Numbered from the stretch's first letter, positions 1 through 7,784 are shown. The stretch: DNA of 11,088 nt from Fidelibacterota bacterium (GCA_046861655.1 JBHIAI010000055.1:1-11088); one strand, 5' to 3'. The notes: a model not told the origin generated them from the letters alone. Made by a program: numbers and translations.

Positions 1-263
1 GCTTGCAGGTTCTTCCTCTCTTCGCCCTGTGTAACTCCACGGACTTTCAGTCGCCAGCTTCGGCGCCGTTTGTCCCTTTTGGGCCTGCACTCGATAACGA
101 GGTCGGACAAGAGGCTCTGCTTCCCACGTTTGCTGTGGTCAACGGCGTTCTCTGCTGCTACCGCAGCAAGGGCAACAACGTCAAATCTTGCTCGCAGGAG
201 TGCGTGAGCAAGAGCTTTCCAGGCAGTAATATCCCGGTTGAAAGCGGAGAGGGTACCTGTCAT
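1..263 (-). pseudogene. Partial ORF (87 codons, open to the window edge) resembling the C-terminal region of COG1743/DUF1156-like adenine DNA methylases; probably an N-terminally truncated remnant
   Basis: My translation from ATG 263, which overlaps the upstream TGA as ATGA: MTGTLSAFNRDITAWKALAHALLRARFDVVALAAVAAENAVDHSKRGKQSLLSDLVIECRPKRDKRRRSWRLKVRGVTQGEERKNLQ. No stop occurs before position 1. The pattern F..xxAWxALxxALxxxxFxVV..VxAE..K..DLVIxCRP matches my recollection of that family's tail. An in-frame TAG lies 12 codons upstream, so no catalytic domain precedes it. Confidence 0.5.
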
Positions 264-1279
264 CGTGGAGCCAGAAGAACTTTTCCGATATTCTTCCTAT
301 CCTGGAGGTACCGGTGGGCGGAATGAGCCTCCTCAAACGGAAAGACCCGGTCCACGACCGGATCGATTCTCTTTTCTGCAGCCCACGCCAGGAGTTCGGA
401 CATGGCTTCCCTGAGTTTGTCTCTCTCCTGCCAGAGATGACCCAGGTGACAGCCCAACACTCCTCTGTTCTGATTCATGAGCTTGAGAGGATGGAATCGT
501 CTTGTTCTGAGCACGGCCAGAGCGGCGGCCGGTAGATTCCTGGTCTTGCCAGGGTACGCCGAAAACAGGCCGTAGAAAACGACCTTCCCCAAGGGAGCGA
601 GGCACGAATAGCTTTTCTTTGCCCAAGGGCCTCCGAAGGGGTCCAGGACCACATCCACCCCTCTGCCATCGGTGATTTCCAGGGTCTGGCGAACGAAATC
701 TTCCCGTGAATAATCAATCAAGTCTTCCAGCCCCATTCTTCTGAGGGACGGGTGCTTCCATCCAGAAGCGGTGCCAATGCACCGGGCACCCCGAACTCTG
801 GCGATCTGAAACGCAGAGAGTCCCACGCCACCCCCTGCACCATGAATGAGAACAGTCTGATCTTTTTCCAGGCAGGCGAGCCGGGACAGCATTAAGTGGG
901 CGGTGAGGTAGGTTACGGGCATGGCCGCCGCTTTGCGGAAAGAAACGGTCCCGGGAACCTCGAACAGCCGGTCCGTGGAAACACAAACATGACTGGAATA
1001 GCCCCCAAAACGAGTGAGGGCCACAACCCGTTTGCCCGTCCAGGAACCCGATCCCCCGGGCCCCTCCCCATCCACCTCTCCGCTCACCTCATACCCCACC
1101 ACGCCCGGTGGTTTCGGGGAGCCGGGATACAATCCCATTCGGGCCAGAATGTCCGCGAAGTTAACTCCTGAATACCGCACCCGGATTCGTACTTGACCTT
1201 CCGATGGGATCGGGTCGGGTTTCTCCCTGACTTCAAGAACTTCCGGCGAACCGTGGCGGGTTATCCAGACTTGCTTCAT
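260..1279 (-). CDS. Zn-independent medium-chain dehydrogenase/reductase, VAT-1 / NADPH:quinone oxidoreductase-like (339 aa)
   Basis: Motifs VRIRVRYSGVNFAD..RMGLYP, PGVVGYEVSG, AAAMPVTYLTA, Rossmann HGAGGGVG, GRGVDVVLD and C-terminal RKNIGKVLL. There are no Zn-ligand Cys/GHE motifs. A GGAGG RBS lies just upstream of the ATG. Confidence 0.92.
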   Translation of the reverse strand: MKQVWITRHGSPEVLEVREKPDPIPSEGQVRIRVRYSGVNFADILARMGLYPGSPKPPGVVGYEVSGEVDGEGPGGSGSWTGKRVVALTRFGGYSSHVCVSTDRLFEVPGTVSFRKAAAMPVTYLTAHLMLSRLACLEKDQTVLIHGAGGGVGLSAFQIARVRGARCIGTASGWKHPSLRRMGLEDLIDYSREDFVRQTLEITDGRGVDVVLDPFGGPWAKKSYSCLAPLGKVVFYGLFSAYPGKTRNLPAAALAVLRTRRFHPLKLMNQNRGVLGCHLGHLWQERDKLREAMSELLAWAAEKRIDPVVDRVFPFEEAHSAHRYLQDRKNIGKVLLAPR

Positions 1280-1467
1280 AGTTCCTCCCGGGATGATCGT
1301 TCGCTACCGTGCCTTCCGGAAATGCCCCTCGAAAAAGGGGACCCTTCATCCCTTCGGTTTTCAGGACCCCGCATCCTGCGGGGGATCCCCACACTTCCCC
1401 CGTTAACCCGGGGGAGCTTCTCCATGGCAATTCCGATGTAAGGGAACTTGAGGAGCTGTACCGTCGA

Positions 1468-1496
1468 TTGCAAAAGGTATGGATTCTCGCTATATT
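1468..1496 (+). promoter_or_regulatory. Sigma70-type promoter for the PpiD-like gene
   Basis: -35 TTGCAA (1468-1473), a 17-bp spacer and -10 TATATT (1491-1496), about 65 bp upstream of ATG 1561. Confidence 0.7.
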
Positions 1497-1560
1497 TCGC
1501 CGCACTTTTCTCAAGGAAAACCTGGATGGCACAGGAAAAACGGTAAGGGAAGTCGGACAA

Positions 1561-3396
1561 ATGGGCTTGATGCACGTTATGAGAAACAGGATGCACCTGG
1601 TGCTGTGGATCCTGCTGGTTCTCTTTCTGGGAAGTATGACCGTGGGAGGTCTTGTTGGCGGTGCTGACATCATCAATCAGCTCCTGGGCAAAACAGACGT
1701 TTCTCAAGCCATCGCCGTCGTCAACGGACAGATAATCTCTCCGGATCAGTATTTCCGTCAGGTGAGCTACCGCCTGGACGAACTCCGGGCCCAGGGGCAG
1801 GAGGTGGATGACCAGATCCTAAGCCAGGTCCGCTCCGCCGTCTGGCAGGAGCTGGTAGAAATGACACTGGTGGATCAGCAGGTGGAGAAGTACGGCATCG
1901 ATGTCACAGAGAATGATGTCTACTATCATCTTCTCAACAACCCCCCCCAGCTTGTTACCTCTATAGAAGCGTTTCAGACCAACGGTCAATTTGACCGGGA
2001 GAAATACCTTCAAGCCCTGAGGAATCCCCAGGGCGACGAATGGCGGCCCATAGAAATTCTCGTTAGAAGCTATCTGCCCCGTCAGAAGCTCTACGACGAG
2101 ATCACCACCACTGTGCAGATCCCCCCGGAGGACGTGAAGAGGGAATACCTCAGGCGCCACGTAGATTTCACCGTTTCGGCCCTGTTGATTCGAGCGTCGG
2201 ACTTCAACGACCCGGACGTCAATCCCAATGAAGAGGAGATGGAGGACTACTACCTCCAGCATAGCGAAGAATTCCACCAGGAGGAATCGCGAACCCTAAG
2301 TGTTGTCCGGTGGGACAAGAAACCTTCCCGGGAGGACAGTACCCTGGCCCTCCAGGAGGTTGAGGACCTTCTTAAACGGGTCAGGGCCGGGGAGGACTTC
2401 TCCAAGCTTGCCAACGAGTATTCTCAGGATCCGGGCAACCGGACGGCAGACGGTCAAGAAAGAGGCGGAGACCTGGGATGGTTCGGGCGGGGTCAGATGG
2501 TCAAACCCTTTGAAGAAGCGGCATTCCGGACCCCGGTGGGAAACGTCGCCGGACCGGTGGAAACTGACTTCGGGTACCACATTATCCAGGTACGGGACAG
2601 CCGGACCTCAGAAGGGGAAGAGGAAGTTCTGGCTAGCCACATCCTCCTGAAGATTGAGACCGGACCTACCACCCTGGAAAGATTGAGGCAGCAGGCCCAC
2701 CAGTTTACCTTCGACGTGGAAGACTTCGGAATTCAAGAAGCTCTTCAGAGAAACGAACTTTCTTTGACCACCCTGAGTCCCATCAGCGAGAATACACAGG
2801 TCATCCCGGGCTTCGGATTCTTCCCTTCCGCCTCCCGATTCGCCTTCAGATCTGAGCCTGGGACGATCAGTGACGTGCTGGAATCGGATCAGGCCTTCGC
2901 TGTTTTCCGACTGGAGTCCATCACTCCCGCTGGACCCCGTCCATACGAAGAGGTGCGCTTCCAGATTGAGCGGACCGTAAGACTCAAGAATCAGATGGAA
3001 AGGGCAGAATCCCTGGCCCAAGAGATCTATGTTCAGGCCGAAGGGGGAGCCACCTTCGATCAGCTGAGCAGTCAGAGTGAAGCGGTGAGGAAAGTGGGTC
3101 CGGTAACCCGGAAGCTGACGGCACCGTTCCCCGAAATCGGTCGCCAGCCCACCGTTACAGGGAGCCTTCTCCACGCCGAGCCGGGAACGCTACTCCCTCT
3201 GCTGGAGCTTCCCCACGGTTTTGCGGTCATGTTTTTCGAGAAACGGGGAGACTGGAACCAGGAGGATTGGGAAGTGAAAAGGGAGTCTATCCGGACGAGC
3301 CTGGAGACCGAGAGGAAAAATGCGGCCCTGAGCCAGTGGCTGGCGGACCTGAAGAATCGGTCAAAGATCATCGACAACAGGCGGTACTACTTTTGA
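1561..3396 (+). CDS. ppiD: PpiD-like membrane-anchored periplasmic chaperone: SurA N-terminal domain plus parvulin-type peptidyl-prolyl isomerase (611 aa)
   Basis: The likely start is ATG 1561 ([26 protein letters not shown], an N-terminal TM anchor), downstream of the promoter and a purine-rich AAGGGGAAG. SurA-like motifs are IAVVNGQ and FQTNGQFD. Parvulin motifs are [46 protein letters not shown] and ASHIL. The C-terminus is [10 protein letters not shown]. The ORF-track start at 1309 lies upstream of the promoter. Confidence 0.9.
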   Translation: MGLMHVMRNRMHLVLWILLVLFLGSMTVGGLVGGADIINQLLGKTDVSQAIAVVNGQIISPDQYFRQVSYRLDELRAQGQEVDDQILSQVRSAVWQELVEMTLVDQQVEKYGIDVTENDVYYHLLNNPPQLVTSIEAFQTNGQFDREKYLQALRNPQGDEWRPIEILVRSYLPRQKLYDEITTTVQIPPEDVKREYLRRHVDFTVSALLIRASDFNDPDVNPNEEEMEDYYLQHSEEFHQEESRTLSVVRWDKKPSREDSTLALQEVEDLLKRVRAGEDFSKLANEYSQDPGNRTADGQERGGDLGWFGRGQMVKPFEEAAFRTPVGNVAGPVETDFGYHIIQVRDSRTSEGEEEVLASHILLKIETGPTTLERLRQQAHQFTFDVEDFGIQEALQRNELSLTTLSPISENTQVIPGFGFFPSASRFAFRSEPGTISDVLESDQAFAVFRLESITPAGPRPYEEVRFQIERTVRLKNQMERAESLAQEIYVQAEGGATFDQLSSQSEAVRKVGPVTRKLTAPFPEIGRQPTVTGSLLHAEPGTLLPLLELPHGFAVMFFEKRGDWNQEDWEVKRESIRTSLETERKNAALSQWLADLKNRSKIIDNRRYYF

Positions 3397-3403
3397 GCGG
3401 GAA

Positions 3404-3484
3404 CGCGTAATTCGTAATGCGTAGATTCTGACGGATGACGTCTGAGGTATAACTCCTAACCCCCAACTCCTAACCGTTCACTCC
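3404..3484. repeat. Compound degenerate 7-bp tandem repeats filling the gap between convergent genes
   Basis: CGCGTAA TTCGTAA TGCGTAG (3404-3424); TGACGGA TGACGTC TGAGGTA (3429-3449); TAACTCC TAACCCC CAACTCC TAACCGT TCACTCC (3450-3484). Confidence 0.7.
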
Positions 3485-4672
3485 TCAGTAAAAGAGCTGG
3501 TGAATGTCATACAGCGGGACCGCCACCCCCTCAGGAACACTCTCCTTCACCCGCGATTTGAATTCATCCGCCATGTTCCGGATTTGGGCACGGCCGGGTG
3601 GGAGAATATCCTCCCTTTCAAGGGCTTCCTGGTACTCGGGCGGAGTTTCGTAGAACTCTGACAGGTAGATCATGTCCCCCGGTCCCGGAGAGATCTCCCT
3701 GATCAAACGGACGGAATCTTCTAGATGCCTGTCATGGTACGGCCCACCGCCGGCGCCGATGAGAAAAATCAATCCCAGGTGGATTCCCCCCGCCCTGATG
3801 TTCCGGGAAAGCCGAATAACGTCGGAAACTTCCTGAGGCTTTCTCAACAGGGTCAGGAGATCCTGGTTTCCCGATTCTACTCCCAGGTAGAGACGCGTTA
3901 CCCCCCGACTCTTCAATTGAGAGAAGTCCTCTGCCGATTTTTTGATTCCTGTGAATATATCGATGAATGAATAGAGGTGGCCGAATTCGGGAAAGAAGCG
4001 ATTGACCAGATCGAGTGTGGGCAATAGGCGGTCCTGGGGGATCACCATGGCGTTGGCGTCGGCCAGAAAGATTGACCTCCTGAGTTTGAGTCCCAGTCCG
4101 AAGAACTGACGAACCCCGGAGAGGTGCCTTTCCACCTCATCCAGGGACTTCATGCGAAACGGACGGTCCCGGTAGAACTGGCAGAAAAGACACTGATTGT
4201 AACTGCACCCTTCTGTCACCTGGAGGACCAGTGCCATGTATTGATCCGGAGGAAGGATTGTGATGGGAAGATAGATTCTGGAGAATCGTTGTCCGTCCCT
4301 TTCCAGTTCCGCCGTGTCGAACCGGATCGCTCTATCCACGGTTCGACGCACCTCCACTGGCAATTCACCCCTGACTTCAAACAACAGATACCTTCCCCGG
4401 TCGAGGAGTGGCCGGGCCAGTTCTGGGAGCATGGACCGAACGGTTCGAAGTGAGTTCCCTTTTTCGGTCTCCCTCAACTTCGAGAAGAACCGGTTATCCA
4501 GGGTCCTGCGAGTGTTCACCCCGTCCACGTACATCCCCACCAACCGACCTTCCAGATCGAAGGTCCACAGATTCTGCCCGGTATGCTCAAGAACGTTCAG
4601 GCAATGATCCTTCAGGGTGACGGTGATCGACCCGTCTGACGCGGTGTCAACGGTGTGTATCCTGGCACTCAT
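3485..4672 (-). CDS. Radical SAM protein of unknown function with an N-terminal extension of about 130 aa (about 395 aa total)
   Basis: CxxxCxxC motif in LVLQVTEGCSYNQCLFCQFY, followed by IFLADANA, RLYLGVESG and LIGAGG. ATG 4672 (MSARIH) is preferred to the non-ATG ORF-track start at 4723, but the start is uncertain. Confidence 0.88.
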   Translation of the reverse strand: MSARIHTVDTASDGSITVTLKDHCLNVLEHTGQNLWTFDLEGRLVGMYVDGVNTRRTLDNRFFSKLRETEKGNSLRTVRSMLPELARPLLDRGRYLLFEVRGELPVEVRRTVDRAIRFDTAELERDGQRFSRIYLPITILPPDQYMALVLQVTEGCSYNQCLFCQFYRDRPFRMKSLDEVERHLSGVRQFFGLGLKLRRSIFLADANAMVIPQDRLLPTLDLVNRFFPEFGHLYSFIDIFTGIKKSAEDFSQLKSRGVTRLYLGVESGNQDLLTLLRKPQEVSDVIRLSRNIRAGGIHLGLIFLIGAGGGPYHDRHLEDSVRLIREISPGPGDMIYLSEFYETPPEYQEALEREDILPPGRAQIRNMADEFKSRVKESVPEGVAVPLYDIHQLFY

Positions 4673-4786
4673 GGTCGAAACGCCTGAGACAATGGGCCGG
4701 ACAAAGTTAGCCACCCCAGCCAATTCAGAAAAGATGCTGGAATGTCCCTCGTCCTTTGACTACATTTTTTCCCAGACTTAGCAGGA

Positions 4787-4816
4787 AATTCGTAATCGGT
4801 ACTTCGTAGGCCGTGA
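4787..4816. repeat. Degenerate 7-bp tandem repeat related to the array at 3404-3424
   Basis: TTCGTAA TCGGTAC TTCGTAG GCCGTGA (4789-4816). The 10-mer AATTCGTAAT is identical at 4787-4796 and 3409-3418. Confidence 0.5.
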
Positions 4817-4843
4817 TAGGTAGGACGAAAGAAGGTACAGCCG

Positions 4844-5872
4844 ATGAAAGCTATGGTTCTCGAAAAGCCCCGTCCCGTCGATCAATCACCTCTTACCGAA
4901 AGGGAGCTGAATCTTCCGGAACCAGGAGAGGGGGAAGTCAGGGTAAAAGTCAACGTGTGCGGAGTGTGCCGCACCGATCTTCACATCGTTGAGGGGGACC
5001 TGGGAACCCCCAAACTGCCCATCGTTCCGGGCCATCAAGTTGTGGCAACGGTGGAGGCTACTGGGAAGGGAGTACAAAAAGCGAAAGAGGGAGTACGGGT
5101 GGGTTTCCCATGGATGAATTCCACCTGCGGGTCCTGCGCCCACTGTCAGAGCGGCCGGGAGAATCTATGCGAGCAGGCCCGGTTTACGGGTTTGCACAGG
5201 AACGGTGGATACGCAGAATATGCAGTAGTTCCTGAGCAGTTCCTGTACCGCATACCAGAGGGATTTCCTGATCATCAAGCTGCGCCTCTATTGTGTGCGG
5301 GGATCATCGGTTACCGGACCTTGAAACGGAGCGGTGTTCAACGGGGCGAGCGCCTGGGACTTTACGGATTCGGCGCCTCAGCCCATGTGACCATTCAGGT
5401 CACCCGTCACTGGGGGTGTGAGGTATACGTCTTCACCCGAAGCAAGGATCACCAAAGTCACGCCATAGAGTTGGGTGCGAAATGGGCGGCTACCGCCCAG
5501 GATGATCCGGGGGTTCTTATGGATGCATGTCTGATTTTTGCCCCCGTGGGATGGCTCATGGTTGAAGCCCTCAAAATGACGCGAAAAGGAGGAACCGTGG
5601 CCTCGGCAGGTATTCACATGACGCCTATTCCGGAATTCCCCTACCGACGGATTTACGGTGAGCGGTCCCTTACCACGGCAGCCAACGCCACCTATGACGA
5701 TGGGGCCGAACTGCTGAGCCTGGCCGGCGAGATTCCCATCCACACCGAAGTGGCACGGTACCCCCTCAATCAGGCCAATCAGGCCCTTCAAGATCTCAAA
5801 GAGAGCAGATTCAGGGGGTCGGCCGTTCTGGATCTATCTCTCTACTCTGAGGAACTCCCGGGGACGAAATAG
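4844..5872 (+). CDS. Zinc-dependent alcohol dehydrogenase family protein (AdhP/CAD-like, 342 aa)
   Basis: Catalytic Zn motifs CGVCRTDLH, PGHQ and LLCAG; structural Zn motif CGSCAHCQSGRENLC; Rossmann GLYGFGASAH. An AAGAAGG RBS lies upstream. Confidence 0.93.
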   Translation: MKAMVLEKPRPVDQSPLTERELNLPEPGEGEVRVKVNVCGVCRTDLHIVEGDLGTPKLPIVPGHQVVATVEATGKGVQKAKEGVRVGFPWMNSTCGSCAHCQSGRENLCEQARFTGLHRNGGYAEYAVVPEQFLYRIPEGFPDHQAAPLLCAGIIGYRTLKRSGVQRGERLGLYGFGASAHVTIQVTRHWGCEVYVFTRSKDHQSHAIELGAKWAATAQDDPGVLMDACLIFAPVGWLMVEALKMTRKGGTVASAGIHMTPIPEFPYRRIYGERSLTTAANATYDDGAELLSLAGEIPIHTEVARYPLNQANQALQDLKESRFRGSAVLDLSLYSEELPGTK

Positions 5873-6405
5873 ACGTCTGTAGGTTTCATCTGGGACAGGC
5901 GGCGAAATCTGGCTTCAACGGGCATGCCGATCCAGTCCAGGCTGGCGTCGTCCGGGTTCATCCCAAGAAGACGAGTAAGAAGGAGGGTGTCCACGCCGTC
6001 AAACTCCACCAGGATGAGAACGTACGGGGTTTCCGGAAGGAATTCCTCAGACCCAAAGTAGCAGACGGTGAAGGCGTGAACCCTTCCTTCTGATGGCAAT
6101 TCTACCCATTCTGTCTCCTGTCCCGTTACCATATCGTGGCCCCGGGGTTGGGCGTAGGTGTAGCCCCTGTCCGGATCCCTATTGCCCAGAATATGCCTGT
6201 TGGCCAGGGCCGCAAACCAGGGGGAATCCTGGCCGTAGGAATGGATGTAGTCAATGTGATAGGGCTGCTTGATCATGATGGGCGCCTGATTCTTGAGGCC
6301 GGCCAGGGTTTCCCTGTCCAGGGTGGTGGGAAAAGGGACGTTGAACAGGGTCGTGCCCATGTCCGTTTCTGCGATTTTCACCTTAATGGTTTTCTTGTTG
6401 CTCAT
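5842..6405 (-). CDS. DUF35 (ChsH2-like) OB-fold acyl-CoA-binding protein with a degenerate Zn ribbon (187 aa)
   Basis: Motifs YIHSYG..SPWFAAL, WVELPSEGRVHAFTV, PYVLILVEFDG and IGMPVEARF. It is translationally coupled (ATGA, 6402-6405) to the thiolase-like gene and has a GGAGG RBS. Confidence 0.88.
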   Translation of the reverse strand: MSNKKTIKVKIAETDMGTTLFNVPFPTTLDRETLAGLKNQAPIMIKQPYHIDYIHSYGQDSPWFAALANRHILGNRDPDRGYTYAQPRGHDMVTGQETEWVELPSEGRVHAFTVCYFGSEEFLPETPYVLILVEFDGVDTLLLTRLLGMNPDDASLDWIGMPVEARFRRLSQMKPTDVYFVPGSSSE

Positions 6406-7766
6406 TTTTTCTCCTCCGCCTCAAGAATCGAGACCGTCACGTAGGTACCGGTTCCTGCATGGCTGTGAATGACCCCTTTTCTGGGATTCTTGATCTGGAG
6501 CGCCGGATCACCGAAATGGGTCTCTATGGACTCCTGCAACTGCCACATGGCAAACACGGCTTGCATGAGACCGGTGGCTCCCACGGGATGGCCGCAGGCA
6601 ATCAGCCCCCCGGACGGGTTGACTGGGCACACGGGCCTGTCCTTCAGGGGCAATCCGTAGTCTACTCCCGGCATGAATGCCTTCCCGCTTTCCGCGAATG
6701 AGCCCCCTTCCCCGTACCGGCACAATCCCATGTCCTCATAGGTCTGAATCTCCGAAGAGGTGTAGGCGTCATGAAGTTCGATGAAATCGAGTTCCTGAAG
6801 GGGGTCGATTATCCCGGCGTTCATGTAAGCTTGCCGGGACGCCATTCGACCCGCCCGGAAGGAATGAATCCCCGGATACCGGAAGCCCTTTTTCCATAAA
6901 TCCCGGTAGTAGGCCAAATCGTCATCATTGTCCTCACATTCAAGAAGATTATGCTTGATGAAATCGTCAAAATCCTGATGAGGCCGGTCCGCCATTCTCA
7001 TGGCGTCGGTTCCGTTTCCGATTCCCTTCACCTTCACCTTGGGATAGGACCGGCCCGAGGCCTTTTCCAGCTTCTCCAGTCCCTTCTCACTGGCGAGAAT
7101 AACCACGGCGGCACCATCGCTCATGACACAGATATCCAGCCGGGTCAGAGGCCACGCCACCATGGGGGCCTTCCGGACATCCTCAACGGATAGTTTCATC
7201 CGTTTCTGAGCGTAGGGATTGTGGTACGCATTCATATGGTTCTTGACGGACACATGAGCCATTTGCTCTGCCGTAGTGCCGAACTCTTTCATGTGGCGGG
7301 TGACCATCATGGCGTAGTAACCGGAATAGAAGCCCCCCACCGGATAATCGAAACTGACGTCGGAAGCCAGGGCAATGAACTCATTCCCTTTCCAGGTATT
7401 CACATGGCTCATGGTTTCAAATCCGAAGGCGATACACAGGTCGAGATATCCTGAAGCCACCTGTTTGTAGGCTTCCTGAAAGCAGATACCACCGGTGGCT
7501 CCGCCTCCCTCCACCCGGTGACTCGGTTTCGGGCACAGGCCCAGATAGTCCTGAACCATCGTGGCCGCCTTAAGCTGCCGGGTAAAGTGATCGGAGAAAT
7601 AGGAAGCCACCGAGCCGTCTGCTAGCTCAATGAACTGTTGATGTTCCAGGCCCATGTCTTGGACAGCATAGTCGAAGGCTTCTTTCACGACAGCCTGGAA
7701 TGTCTTATCGGGACGGGCTTTCGCAAACTTGCTCACGCCCCCTGCCACCACGTACACTGGACGCAT
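6402..7766 (-). CDS. Thiolase-superfamily protein of the SCP-x/archaeal 'thiolase domain-containing' type, lacking the canonical nucleophile Cys (454 aa)
   Basis: Motifs GVSKF, RVEGGGATGG, GFETMS, SVKNHMNAYHNPYAQ, DICVMSDGAAVVIL, IELHDAY and VNPSGGLIACGHPVGATG. A strong GGAGGA RBS lies upstream. It closely resembles my recollection of the Thermoplasma-type PRK06365 family. Confidence 0.92.
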   Translation of the reverse strand: MRPVYVVAGGVSKFAKARPDKTFQAVVKEAFDYAVQDMGLEHQQFIELADGSVASYFSDHFTRQLKAATMVQDYLGLCPKPSHRVEGGGATGGICFQEAYKQVASGYLDLCIAFGFETMSHVNTWKGNEFIALASDVSFDYPVGGFYSGYYAMMVTRHMKEFGTTAEQMAHVSVKNHMNAYHNPYAQKRMKLSVEDVRKAPMVAWPLTRLDICVMSDGAAVVILASEKGLEKLEKASGRSYPKVKVKGIGNGTDAMRMADRPHQDFDDFIKHNLLECEDNDDDLAYYRDLWKKGFRYPGIHSFRAGRMASRQAYMNAGIIDPLQELDFIELHDAYTSSEIQTYEDMGLCRYGEGGSFAESGKAFMPGVDYGLPLKDRPVCPVNPSGGLIACGHPVGATGLMQAVFAMWQLQESIETHFGDPALQIKNPRKGVIHSHAGTGTYVTVSILEAEEKK

Positions 7767-7784
7767 ATCCTTTTTCCTCCTGTT

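Noticed and set aside
3..326. 107-aa plus-strand ORF
   Set aside because: It has no motifs and overlaps the oxidoreductase 3' end. The opposite-strand frame is more protein-like.
1309..1560. 84-aa N-terminal extension of PpiD in the ORF track
   Set aside because: It contains the predicted promoter and hairpins. The family-typical N-terminus starts at ATG 1561.
1233..1707. 143-aa and 147-aa minus-strand ORFs
   Set aside because: They overlap the ppiD start and promoter in antisense and have no recognisable features. Only the short 1425-1276 portion is mentioned, as a weak uORF candidate.
3403..3422. Intrinsic terminator after ppiD
   Set aside because: It has only a weak 6-bp stem with a G-U pair and no U tract. 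The heptamer repeat explains it better.
3404..3484. CRISPR array or mobile-element end
   Set aside because: The units are 7 bp with no spacers, and there is no cas, transposase or integrase gene and no terminal inverted repeat in the window.
3485..4672. Radical SAM as the queuine lyase QueL working with YhhQ
   Set aside because: It is much longer than QueL as I recall it, has a different motif context, lies 4.5 kb from yhhQ and is cut off from that operon by the opposite-strand ADH gene.
4737..4784. Candidate promoter for the ADH gene (TACATT at 4761-4766, or TTGACT at 4756-4761)
   Set aside because: Neither element has a convincing partner at the correct spacing.
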